From NCBI GenBank assembly GCA_037441385.1, contig JBBISH010000058.1, positions 1 through 38,496 of the forward strand: DNA of 38,496 bases, written 5' to 3'. Shown piece by piece: positions 18,477 through 29,739 of the stretch; position 1 is the first letter of the stretch, and each line of letters opens with the position of its first letter. This DNA is from Myxococcales bacterium (GTDB taxonomy: Bacteria > Myxococcota_A > UBA9042). The notes below the pieces were generated by a model. That model searched no databases. It had not been told where the DNA came from and was given only the letters and a program-made list of their open reading frames with translations. Made by a program: the position numbers and the translations under genes.

Positions 18477-20252
18477 GTGCATAACAAAATTCTGAACGCC
18501 CGCGCCGGCTTGTGGCGCCTGTCCACGCTGATGTTGGCCGCCGCGAGCGTCCTGCTGCCGGCCAGCGCCTGGGCCATTCCCTACGTGCAGATCCAGAGCA
18601 TAGCCAAGTCGTCGGCCGGCGACTGGGATCCGCCCACGCGGCTGGGCCTGGGCACCAACACGCCGGGCAGCGCGACCGACCTCCACGTGGTCAACCGCGC
18701 GGACTGCTACGCGGTGATGGCGGCGAAGAACCCCAAGGTGACCATCACCTGGACGTGGTCGCCCAGTTCGGTGCTGACCACCACCTCGTATTCGGCAGTG
18801 ACCAAGGTGGCGCCAGCCGGCAAGAGCTGCCTGGAGTCGTCGCTGCAAGAGACCGACACGACCTCGGCCTGCATCGTCAACGCCCAGGTGGACTACAAAG
18901 TGGGCGCCTCGTACACCTTTGACGTGGACGTGCGCGACCTGATCGGTCGCACCGCCACTTGCGAAGAGGGCACGGAGCAGGACGCCACGGTCTACATCCT
19001 GGTCAACGACACCGCGACGACCGTTGGCGCCACGACCCAAGTGGTGGCGTTCAAGCTGCGCTTCCGCATCGACTTGGTCGGGCCTGCGGTGCCGACGATC
19101 AGCTCGATCACCGCCGGCAACAATAACCTGCGTGTTAGCTGGAGCCACGCCGACGAGACCACCGTGGCCGCGAGCTACGTGTACTGGGCCGACCTGCCGT
19201 TTGACGCTACGTCGGTCCGCGACGGCACGGTCACGGTGTCGAAGTCGAGCAAGCTGACGGCCAAAGAGTATCAAATCAAAGGCTTGACCAACGGCAAGAA
19301 GTACTACGTCGCCGTGACGGCCGCGGACGCCAACGAGAACGAGTCGAACCTGTCGCCGCTGAAAACGGCTTCGCCCATCCCGGTCTACGACGCCTGGCAG
19401 TACTACAAGAATGCGGGTGGCGAGGAAGAAGGCGGCTTTGCCCCGTGTTCGGCCCAGCCCGTGGCGGCTGGCCCCGGTTGGCTGTGGCTGCTGCTGGCGA
19501 GCGTGGCGGCGGTGTGGGCGCTGCGGCGGCGCAACACGGGGCTGGTGCTGGCGGTGTTGGCGATCGGGCTGCTGACGCAGGCGGGGCAAGCCCAGGCGGC
19601 CTCGCCGCAGACCGGGTCGTTGGATTTTCGCTTTTCGCGCTATCTGCCGCAGATCGACGAAGGCTTGACCGGCAAGGCCAAGCCCTACGCCGACATCTTT
19701 GGCGGCGCCGCCTGGCAGGTCTCGCTGGCGACCGACTCGCGGGTGTGGGACCGCTTTGGCACGCTCTCGCTGGGGCTGTCGGCCGGCTACTGGAGCCAGG
19801 ACGGCTACGGCCGCGAGCAGGCCACCAACAACTCGAGCTCGGACAAGACCTCCCTGTCGATCGTGCCGATCACCTTTGATGTTGTGTACCGCATGGACGA
19901 GCTGGAGCGCGCTTGGGGCGTGCCGTTCATTCCGTACGCCAAGCTGGGCTTGGTCTACGGCATTTGGTGGATGCGCGATGGCGTGGACAACCTGGCGCGC
20001 TGGACCGACGCCAATGGCAGCACCAAGGAGGCCATGGGCGGCACGGGCGGTTACCACGCCACCTTGGGCATGCGCTTCTTGCTGGACGTGCTGGAGCCGA
20101 TGGCCGCGCGCAGCTTTGACATCGAGATGGGCGTGAACCACAGCTACCTGTTCGCCGAGTATCAGATGCTGCGGCTGAACGACTTTGGCAGTAAGAAAAG
20201 CCTGAATTTGTCGGACGATCTATTCACGTTCGGCATCGCCTTTGACTACTGA
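18477..20252 (+). CDS. Fusion of an FN3-containing MYXO-CTERM-anchored protein (MXAN_2561-like) and an outer-membrane beta-barrel (MXAN_2562-like)
   Basis: Probable GTG start at 18477 with a signal peptide ending SAWA. FN3 motifs (LRVSWS, YQIKGLTNGKKYYVAVTAADANENES). Then YDAWQYYKNAGGEEEGGFAPCS-TM-RRR, a second signal peptide ending AQA, and a barrel (PFIPYAKLGLVY, GVNHSYLFAEY) ending FTFGIAFDY. Confidence 0.75.
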   Translation: MHNKILNARAGLWRLSTLMLAAASVLLPASAWAIPYVQIQSIAKSSAGDWDPPTRLGLGTNTPGSATDLHVVNRADCYAVMAAKNPKVTITWTWSPSSVLTTTSYSAVTKVAPAGKSCLESSLQETDTTSACIVNAQVDYKVGASYTFDVDVRDLIGRTATCEEGTEQDATVYILVNDTATTVGATTQVVAFKLRFRIDLVGPAVPTISSITAGNNNLRVSWSHADETTVAASYVYWADLPFDATSVRDGTVTVSKSSKLTAKEYQIKGLTNGKKYYVAVTAADANENESNLSPLKTASPIPVYDAWQYYKNAGGEEEGGFAPCSAQPVAAGPGWLWLLLASVAAVWALRRRNTGLVLAVLAIGLLTQAGQAQAASPQTGSLDFRFSRYLPQIDEGLTGKAKPYADIFGGAAWQVSLATDSRVWDRFGTLSLGLSAGYWSQDGYGREQATNNSSSDKTSLSIVPITFDVVYRMDELERAWGVPFIPYAKLGLVYGIWWMRDGVDNLARWTDANGSTKEAMGGTGGYHATLGMRFLLDVLEPMAARSFDIEMGVNHSYLFAEYQMLRLNDFGSKKSLNLSDDLFTFGIAFDY

Positions 20253-20262
20253 GCGACCGCCG

Positions 20263-21150
20263 ATGTCCGCCGAGCCCCTTGTGCTGACCGAGGGTGGCGC
20301 CTACCCGCCGCGATCCGTGCTGTTGCGGGTGATGTTCGATGGCGCCGCCTTTGCTGGATTCCAAAAGCAGCAAGACGGCATTCGCAGCGTGGCCGGCGTG
20401 GTCGAAGAGGCCTGGCTGGCCATGCTGGGCGAGGTCGTCATCGCCCGCGCCACCAGCCGCACCGATGCTGGGGTGCACGCGCGGCGGCTGCCCATCCTCA
20501 TCCGCACCCACAAAAACGTGGGCGCGCGCGGCCTGATGCTGGGCCTGAACGTGATCCTGCCCGAGGACTGCAAGATCGTCAGCGCCGAGGAGCTGCCGGT
20601 CGAGGCCGACGTGCGCTCGGACGCGGTGGGCAAGCGCTACGTGTACTACGTGCAGACGGGCCCGGCGCGCCTACCGCTGTGGCGAACGCGGGCGTGGTAC
20701 ATCAAGGCGCAGCTGGATCCGCAAAAGCTTTTGGCAGCGTGCCAGATGCTGGAAGGCATTCACGACTTTGCTGCCTTTCGCTCGGTGAACTGTTCGGCGC
20801 AGTCGACCTCGCGCAACATCTTGCAGGTGCGGCCGCAGGTCATCGACGAGTGCGGCGCGCAGAAGGTCTGGGCGATCACCGTGGAAGGCAACGCCTTCTT
20901 GCACAACATGGTGCGGATCATGGCCGGTACGGTGGTGGACATCGCCCGCGGCCGCAAGACCCTGGACCAGCTGGCGCACGCGCTGAAGTCGGGTGAGCGC
21001 ACCAGCGCCGGCCAGACCGCGCCGCCGCACGCGCTGGTGCTGGATGACGTATTCTTTGGCCCTTGGGGAGCGCGGCAGGGGCAGAACTACAAGGATCTGC
21101 TGAAGAACATGGCAGAAATCCGCGACGGAGTGCCCGAGTCCGCTCAATAG
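20263..21150 (+). CDS. truA: tRNA pseudouridine(38-40) synthase TruA
   Basis: FDGAAFAGFQKQ, SRTDAGVHA, GIHDFAAF, GNAFLHNMVRIMAG and TAPPHAL. Confidence 0.93.
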   Translation: MSAEPLVLTEGGAYPPRSVLLRVMFDGAAFAGFQKQQDGIRSVAGVVEEAWLAMLGEVVIARATSRTDAGVHARRLPILIRTHKNVGARGLMLGLNVILPEDCKIVSAEELPVEADVRSDAVGKRYVYYVQTGPARLPLWRTRAWYIKAQLDPQKLLAACQMLEGIHDFAAFRSVNCSAQSTSRNILQVRPQVIDECGAQKVWAITVEGNAFLHNMVRIMAGTVVDIARGRKTLDQLAHALKSGERTSAGQTAPPHALVLDDVFFGPWGARQGQNYKDLLKNMAEIRDGVPESAQ

Positions 21151-22232
21151 ATGCACTCGAATTGCGGTTTGGGCGTGGCATTTGCATTCCAGCCGCACTT
21201 GTTGGCGCCGGCCTCGATGACGCAGTCGACGGTCTTGATCTTGCCCGTGTTGCAGTAGATCCAGGTGTCGCCTTGGCATTTGGCCTGGAAGCTGGCGTCG
21301 CTGCAGCTGCCGCCGGCGACGGGGTCGCACGAGGTGACGTTGCACTTCCAGCCGCCGGGGCAGCCGCCGCACGGGTTGCCGCACTGGTTGTTGCCGCAGA
21401 CGATCGCGGCGCCCGTGTCAGTTTTGCACGAGTTGTCGCAGACTTTCTTGATGCAGCCGTAGGCGTTGGCGATCGGATCCCAGCCACAGGTCAGGCCGCC
21501 CAGGTTGGGGGGCGCGGCGCAGTCTTTGGTGATCTTTTGCGCGCTGGCGCCGCTGCCCTGGCAGGTGACCAGGAAGTCGCCGTCGCACTGGCCTTTGGCC
21601 GTGTCGATGCCCTTGCATGCGCCCGCCTTGCAGGTGCCGCTGCTGCAGTAGTCGCCCGCGGCGCACTCGCCGCAGGGTTTGCCACAGCCGTCGTCGCCGC
21701 AGTTCTTGCCGCTGCACGACCCGACGCAGCTGTCTTTGTAGCAAACGCCGTCGCTGGTGCCGCAGTGGAAGTCTTTTTCGCAGGTGCCGCACTGGCCGCC
21801 GCAGCCGTCGGGGCCGCAAACTTTGCCGGTGCACTTGGGCTTGCAGTACTCGCTGCACTTGCTGCCGCCCGGCTCGCAGAATTCGCCGGACTTGCAGAAG
21901 CCGCACACCGACCCGCAGCCGTTGGGCCCGCAGACCTTGCCCTTGCAGTCCGGGGTGCAACCGTCGGTATTGCCTGGGGTGCTGGCCTCGACGGTGATGT
22001 CGACCTGCGGGGGCGCACTGTCGGCGGCGCTGTCGATCGGCGGCGCGGTCTGGTCCAGGGGATCTTGAGTGTCTGCGGCGGGCGAGGTGCTGTCCACGGA
22101 CGCATCGGCGGCGGCCTGCGTGTCGGCCTTGACGGCGGCCGGACTCTCGCTGCCGCAGCCCCACGCAGCGAGGAAAGCGGCGGCAGCCAGGCAGAGGGCC
22201 CAAGGGCGGGCAGCGCGGCGGGATCGGGTCAC
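21144..22232 (-). CDS. Cys-rich repeat putative lipoprotein
   Basis: GTG 22232 (GAGG upstream). MTRSRRAARPWALCLAAAAFLAAWGC, a D/A/S/T linker, three CxxxCxGKxCGxxGCGxxCGxC repeats plus a degenerate fourth, and two C-x-GD..C..DC..CGW modules. Its stop overlaps the truA 3' end by 7 nt. Confidence 0.8.
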   Translation of the reverse strand: MTRSRRAARPWALCLAAAAFLAAWGCGSESPAAVKADTQAAADASVDSTSPAADTQDPLDQTAPPIDSAADSAPPQVDITVEASTPGNTDGCTPDCKGKVCGPNGCGSVCGFCKSGEFCEPGGSKCSEYCKPKCTGKVCGPDGCGGQCGTCEKDFHCGTSDGVCYKDSCVGSCSGKNCGDDGCGKPCGECAAGDYCSSGTCKAGACKGIDTAKGQCDGDFLVTCQGSGASAQKITKDCAAPPNLGGLTCGWDPIANAYGCIKKVCDNSCKTDTGAAIVCGNNQCGNPCGGCPGGWKCNVTSCDPVAGGSCSDASFQAKCQGDTWIYCNTGKIKTVDCVIEAGANKCGWNANATPKPQFECIY

Positions 22233-22347
22233 GGCAAAGCCTCGCGGGCGGCACCCAACTGGCCAACCCCTGCCAAGCAGCATAGCCGAGCCGCGATCGC
22301 CGCGCAAAACTCACGCCAGCGGGCAAGGGCAGAAATGCACAGAGGTT

Positions 22348-22360
22348 TGCCATTTTGGCA
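22348..22360. promoter_or_regulatory. Palindrome TGCCATTTTGGCA, candidate upstream activator site
   Basis: TGCCA-N3-TGGCA starting 118 bp before the -24/-12 motif at 22466. Confidence 0.55.
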
Positions 22361-22465
22361 CACAGCTGCGGGATCGCCCTGGACCACCATGCCAGGCGGG
22401 CGCCACCGGATGCAGACGTGGTGCTGCAACCCTACGAAAGTACAGGACGACGCTGGCGAGGCGGG

Positions 22466-22481
22466 TGGCACGAGTTTTGCT
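22466..22481 (+). promoter_or_regulatory. Sigma54 (-24/-12) promoter of the T2SS operon
   Basis: TGGCACGAGTTTTGCT matches the consensus TGGCACG-N4-TTGCW and ends 62 bp before the gspC ATG. Confidence 0.75.
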
Positions 22482-22543
22482 TCAACCTGGGTGTAGCGGC
22501 GCTCAGGTTGGTGTCCGCAACCGTCGTGCTCGGGAGCTCTGGA

Positions 22544-23566
22544 ATGGAAACCCTGCTGAAACGCCACTTCTGGGCGATCAACCTAGTCGGCTTGGCGGTC
22601 ATCGCCTGGCTGGCGGCCGGATCGCTCAACGCGCTGATTGGCGTCCAGTTGTCCAAGGCTTCGCGCAGCGACGACAAGCCGCAAATCGCCGCAGCCGCAG
22701 GCGAATCGACGCTGACCAAGCGCCTGCGCGACGGCCGCCTGAAGGAAGAGTCGGGCGCGGTCATGTCGGGGCGGTCGATGTTCGAGATCCCCGAGCCCGA
22801 GGTGCCGCAAGAACCCGAAGAGCAAGGCGAAGGCGGCACCGATGGCGAAGGCAAGGAAGCGCCGCCGCCCGAGCCGACCCTGGAGCCCACCTCGTTGCCC
22901 ATCAAATTGCTTGGGACCATGGTCGTGGCGCCCGAGGCGTGGTCCAGCGCCAGCGTGGAGATCGACAAGAACCCGCAGAAGATCGTCAACGTGGGCATGG
23001 AGCTGCTGGACGGCAAGGCGACCGTGTACGCCGTGCGCCGCAACTACTTGGTCCTGAACGAGAGTGGCAAGCTGACCGTGGCGCCGCTGTACCCCAAAGA
23101 CGCCGCGGCCGGTGCCGATCCGGCCAATCCAGGTGCGCCTGGTACGCCGCCGAACCCCGGTGCCAACCTGCCTGGACCGCGCCCGGCTCCGCCGCGTACC
23201 AGCGATGCCGGCACTCCCGATGCGCCCGGCGTCAAGCGCCTGGCCGACGGCGCCTACCAGCTGGACCGCAACCACGTGAACGAAAAGCTAAAGGATGTAA
23301 CCCAGCTGGGAACCCAGGTGCGGATCGTGCCGAACTACCACGGCGGCAAGTACGAGGGTTTTCGGATGATCGGCATGAGCTCGGGCAGCCTGTTTTCGGA
23401 CATCGGCTTTGCCAACGGCGACGTGGTGCAGGCGGTCAACGGCGACAAGATCGACAGCCCGAACAAGGCCTTGGCCCTCTACGAGGCCCTGAAGAACAAG
23501 GCGCGGCTGACCGTGCTCATCGAGCGCGACGGGCAGCCTAAGACCTTGCGCTACACGATTCGATAG
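22544..23566 (+). CDS. gspC: Type II secretion protein GspC (HR + PDZ)
   Basis: N-terminal TM (METLLKRHFWAINLVGL..), HR domain IKLLGTMVV, and PDZ RIVPNYHGGKYEGFRM..GDVVQAVNG..IERDGQPKTLRY. First gene of the gsp operon. Confidence 0.88.
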   Translation: METLLKRHFWAINLVGLAVIAWLAAGSLNALIGVQLSKASRSDDKPQIAAAAGESTLTKRLRDGRLKEESGAVMSGRSMFEIPEPEVPQEPEEQGEGGTDGEGKEAPPPEPTLEPTSLPIKLLGTMVVAPEAWSSASVEIDKNPQKIVNVGMELLDGKATVYAVRRNYLVLNESGKLTVAPLYPKDAAAGADPANPGAPGTPPNPGANLPGPRPAPPRTSDAGTPDAPGVKRLADGAYQLDRNHVNEKLKDVTQLGTQVRIVPNYHGGKYEGFRMIGMSSGSLFSDIGFANGDVVQAVNGDKIDSPNKALALYEALKNKARLTVLIERDGQPKTLRYTIR

Positions 23567-23614
23567 GCGCGGGAACAAACCGGCATGGGGAGCCCGCAAG
23601 GTAAGGAGTTCGCT

Positions 23615-26600
23615 TTGAATTTGCATGGAAAACTGCGTATGACTCGGCGCCTGGCGCCGTTGGCCGCGACCCTGGTGGTGGCGGGCCTGGTTGCCCTGGG
23701 GCCCGCCTTGGCCCAAGAGCCGCCCGCGGGTGGCCGTCCGGCTCCGGGTCGCCCCACGCCCGCCAGCCCCGAGGCCAAGCCCGACGCTGGCGGCGACCGC
23801 GAAATCCCCGCGGGAGGTGGCACGGGCCGGCTGAGCAAGGGTAAGAAAGACGGCGAGTTGAAGGCTGGTGGCGAGGGCTCGGGCGTGCTGAAGCGCAAGG
23901 GTTCGAGCAAGCTGGACCCCGAATTCGATCCCGCCGCTGGCGGCAAGAAGGGCAAGCCCGACGACGGTCCGGCCGATCCCGGCGGGTTGCCGCCGCGCGC
24001 CCCGGGCAAAGACGATGCGGCCGGTGGCGGCGGTGGTGGGTCGCTGGACGACGACCTGAAGAAGTTGGACGACGTTGTTACGATCAAGAACAATTTCAGT
24101 GATATCAAGTGCAAGCGCCTACCGCTGAACGCCAAGGTGTCGGTCGACTTCCAAGACGCACCGCTGGAGGCCGTCACCAAGCTGATGAGCTGCTGGCTGG
24201 ATCGCAACTTTGTGGTCGCCACCCAGAAGCGCGGCGCCAAAGTGACGATCCTGTCGCCGCAGCGCGTGTCGGTGTACGAGGCCTATCGCGCGTTCTTGTC
24301 GTCGCTGGCCGTCAACGCCCTGACCATCACCAAGAAAGGCGCCTTTCACTACATCGTCGACTCGCCGGACGCGCGCAGTTCGGGCGCGCAAGTGCTTGGC
24401 CCCAAAGGCGCGGTTCCGGACGAGGACAACATCGTCACCCGCCTGATTCGCCTCAAGCACATCGACGTCAAAGACGCCGAGGCGCTGGCAGGCAAGTTCA
24501 AGTCGAAGTCGGGCGATGTGTTTGTGTACGGGCCGACCAACACCCTGATCGTCACGGACTCGGGCAGCAACATCCGCCAGCTCATGCGGCTTTTGGCCGA
24601 GGTCGACGTACCGCTGGGTACCGACAAGATCTTCATCCGGCCGGTGCAGCACATGGACGCGGGCGAGTTGGTCGAGAAGATTACCGCGATCTTTGGCGAA
24701 GGCGGCGGCGGCGGCGGTGGCGGTGGCGGCGGTCGTGGTCCGGCGCCAGCGGGCGGCGGCGGTGGCCAGGTCGGTGCGTCGGCGGGCTCGTCGTCGGCGG
24801 CCAAGGTCACCTTGACCAAGGTGGTGGCGGACGACCGCAGCAACCAGATCATCGTCATCTGCACCCGCAGCAACTACCTGAAAGTAGACGCTCTGATCCG
24901 CAAGCTGGACGTGCCGATCCCCGGCGAGGGCGCGATCCACATCCACCACCTGGAGAACGCCGACGCCGAGGACGTGTCGCAGACCCTGAGCTCGCTAACC
25001 GGCGGCGGCAGCGGCGGCGGCGGCGGCAGCAAGAGCAGTGGCAGCAAGAGCAGCGGCAGCAAAAGCAGCGGCAGCAAGGGCGGCGGCGGCGGTGGCGGCG
25101 GTTCGGCCAGCCTGTTCGAAGGCAGCGTGAAGATCACCGCACACAAGGCCACGAACTCGCTGGTGATCGAGTCGTCGCTGAAGGACTACGTGGCGCTGCA
25201 GAAGGTCATCGCGGAGCTGGACCGCAAGCGCAAGCAGGTCTACGTGGAAGCCGTGGTGATGGAGATCTCGACAAGCAAGAACCGCAAGACCCAGCTCGCG
25301 GGTTCGGCTGGCACCACCTTTGACATCGGCGGCGACACCGTGCCACTGCTGTTTGGCCTGGGCGGCCTGGGCATGTCGGGCGTGAGCCTGCAGCAGCTGA
25401 ATTCGGGCGGTTTTGCCGCAGGTATGCAGGGTCCGCTGCTGAACGTGAACGCCGGCAATACCGGCAGTTCGTCCGTCGCCGCGGGCGTGACGCTGTCGAT
25501 TCCGGCCTTTGGCTTCTTGGTGCAGGCCATCCAAGAGAACAGCGACGTCAACGTGCTGAGCACGCCGCACATCCTGACGCTGAATAACGAAGACGCTGAG
25601 ATCACCGTGGGTCGCAAGATCCCGTACCGCTCGCAGTCGATGGGCGGCCTGGGCGGACTGGGCATGTTAGGCGGCATGGGCTCCATGGGCATTCCGGGCA
25701 TGGCCGGCGGTCTGGGCGGTTTGGGCGCGCTGGGCGGTCTGGGCTCGATGATGGGCGGCATGATGGGCGGCATGGTCCAGTTCCTGGACGTGGACATGAC
25801 CCTGAAGATCACGCCGCAGATCAACGAGTCGGACTACATCAAGCTGAAGATCGACGAGAGCCTGAACGAAGTGGAAGGCATCGATCCCAACCTGGGGCCC
25901 ACCACCAGCAAGCGCAAGGTGAACAACACCGTGGTGGTGCGCGACCAGCAGCCGGTGGTGATCGGCGGCCTGGTCACCGACCGCGAGTCGACCGGTGTGG
26001 CCAAGATCCCGGTGCTGGGCGACCTGCCGCTCATCGGCATGCTGTTCCGCAAGAACAGCACGATGATCGAAAAGAAGAACCTGCTGCTGATCATCGTGCC
26101 GCACATCATCAAGGATGCCAGCGACTTGCAGCGCATGCACGAGAACAAGATGGAGCAGATCCGCCAGTTCGTCGACGAGCTGGCGACCAAGCAGAAGGAG
26201 TACCAAGGCAAGGTCGACTACCGCAAGAAGACGGGCTTTTTGGAGACGGTGTTCAAGGCGGTGGACAAGTCGGCCGAGGAGCGAAAGATGCTCGAGAAGG
26301 CCTACTTCGACAACCAGGACGTGGACAAAGTGGGCTCGCCCGACGGCCACGACCTGGAGTACGACCCCAACAAGGCCAAGAAGAGCGACAAGAGCAAGGC
26401 CGGCGACGACGACGATGAGGACGGCCCGCCGGTGGAGGTGCTGGAGCTGCCCGACGCCGACAAAGCCGACAAGGCCGACAAAGCCGGCGACAAGGCTGGA
26501 GAAAAGCCGGCAGACAAGGCCGGCGACAAGGCCGGCGAACCCAAGGCCGACGCCAAAGACGCGGGCAAGGACGCGGGCAAGGACGCTCCGGCTGGCGAGG

Positions 26601-26688
26601 CCAAGGCGGCCAGCGACAAGCCGGCCAAGGCCGACAAGGCTGGCAAACCGGTCAAGGGCAAGAAGGGCAAGAAGCACAAGGGGATCAA

Positions 26689-26692
<4 letters not shown>
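23615..26692 (+). CDS. gspD: Type II secretion secretin GspD
   Basis: N0 VDFQDAPLEAV, N-domain repeats (TNTLIVTD, DDRSNQIIV, TNSLVI) and secretin core QVYVEAVVME, VLSTPHILTLNNEDAEITVG, LKITPQIN, KIPVLGDLPLIGMLFR. Start uncertain: TTG 23615 follows AAGGAG; alternatives are 23585 and 23639. Confidence 0.93.
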
Positions 26693-28437
<1,745 letters not shown>

Positions 28438-28455
28438 CAGGAGAGCTGAGGAAAG

Positions 28456-29721
28456 ATGCCAGTTTACGAGTACATCGGCAAAGACGCCAACGGGCGCACC
28501 GTCAAGGGGACGCTCGACGTGGAAGGCGTGCGCGGGCTGAAGGCTGCGCTGCGCCGCGACAAGGTGTTTTTGACCGAGTACCGCGAGGCAGGCGCCAAGA
28601 GCGGCAAAGGCCAGAAGGTCAAGGCCGGCCAGCAGCAGAAAACCGGCTCGCGCGATGTGGATTTTGGCGAGATGCTCACGCGGATCAGCCCGCAGGACAT
28701 CAGCGAATTTACTCGGCAATTGGCGACGCTGCTGAAGGCGAGCGTGCCGCTGGTCGACGCGCTGGCGGCGGTGGTCGAGCAGCTCGAGAACCCAAAGCTC
28801 AAGCGCGTGGTGGCGCAAGTCCGCACCGACGTGAACGAAGGCGCGCCGTTCTGGCGGGCGCTGAGCGTGCACGACAAGGTCTTCGAGAACACTTACTACA
28901 ACATGGCGCGCGCCGGCGAGTCGTCTGGCAACCTGGACGTGGTGCTGCAGCGGCTGGCGGATTTTACCGAAAGCCAAGTTAAATTGCGGAATAAGATCAT
29001 CGGTGCCCTGACTTATCCAGTGATCATGCTGTGCATCTCGTTCGCCATCGTCACGGGCATGATGGTCTTTGTGGTGCCCAACATCACGGCCATGTTCGCC
29101 GACCTGGGCGCGGAGCTGCCGCTCATCACCAAGATCCTGATCGCCATCAGCAAGCTGTTCACCACCTTCTGGTGGGCCGGGTTGTTGCTGGTGGTGGGCG
29201 TGTCGCGGGCGTTCTTGAAGTGGAAAAGCAGCGAGAAGGGCGAAGAGACGCTGGATCGCTGGCTGCTGAAGGCCCCCGTGATGGGCGACCTGATGCGCAA
29301 GATCGCCATCGCGCGGTTTTCGCGGACGCTGTCGACGCTGCTCAGCTCGGGCGTGCCGCTGCTGACGGCGCTGGAGATCGTCGAGAACGTGGTGGCGAAC
29401 AAGATCTTGGCCAAGGTGGTGGCCGAAGCGCGCGGCGCGATCCGCGAGGGCGACAACATCGCCGGGCCGCTGAAGCGCTCGGGGCAATTCCCGCCGATGG
29501 TGGTGCACATGGTGGCCATTGGCGAGCGGTCGGGCGAGCTGGAAGAGATGCTCCGCAACGTGAGCGAGTCGTACGAGAATCAGGTGGATACGCGGGTGCA
29601 GGCGCTGACCAGCCTGCTGGAACCGCTGATGATCGTGTTCATGGGCCTGGTGGTGGGCTTCTTGGTGGCGGCGATCTTGCTGCCGATGATGAAGCTGACC
29701 CAGGCCGTTCAACAGGGCTAG
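28456..29721 (+). CDS. gspF: Type II secretion inner-membrane platform protein GspF
   Basis: FTRQLATLL, AGESSGNLDVVLQRLADF, ALTYP, GERSGELEEML and LLEP. Confidence 0.95.
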   Translation: MPVYEYIGKDANGRTVKGTLDVEGVRGLKAALRRDKVFLTEYREAGAKSGKGQKVKAGQQQKTGSRDVDFGEMLTRISPQDISEFTRQLATLLKASVPLVDALAAVVEQLENPKLKRVVAQVRTDVNEGAPFWRALSVHDKVFENTYYNMARAGESSGNLDVVLQRLADFTESQVKLRNKIIGALTYPVIMLCISFAIVTGMMVFVVPNITAMFADLGAELPLITKILIAISKLFTTFWWAGLLLVVGVSRAFLKWKSSEKGEETLDRWLLKAPVMGDLMRKIAIARFSRTLSTLLSSGVPLLTALEIVENVVANKILAKVVAEARGAIREGDNIAGPLKRSGQFPPMVVHMVAIGERSGELEEMLRNVSESYENQVDTRVQALTSLLEPLMIVFMGLVVGFLVAAILLPMMKLTQAVQQG

Positions 29722-29739
29722 GACGACCAGGAGGGTGCG

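Noticed and set aside
21400..21970. Multiheme cytochrome or Fe-S protein
   Set aside because: There are no CxxCH motifs. The Cys pattern in an exported protein fits disulfide-bonded repeats.
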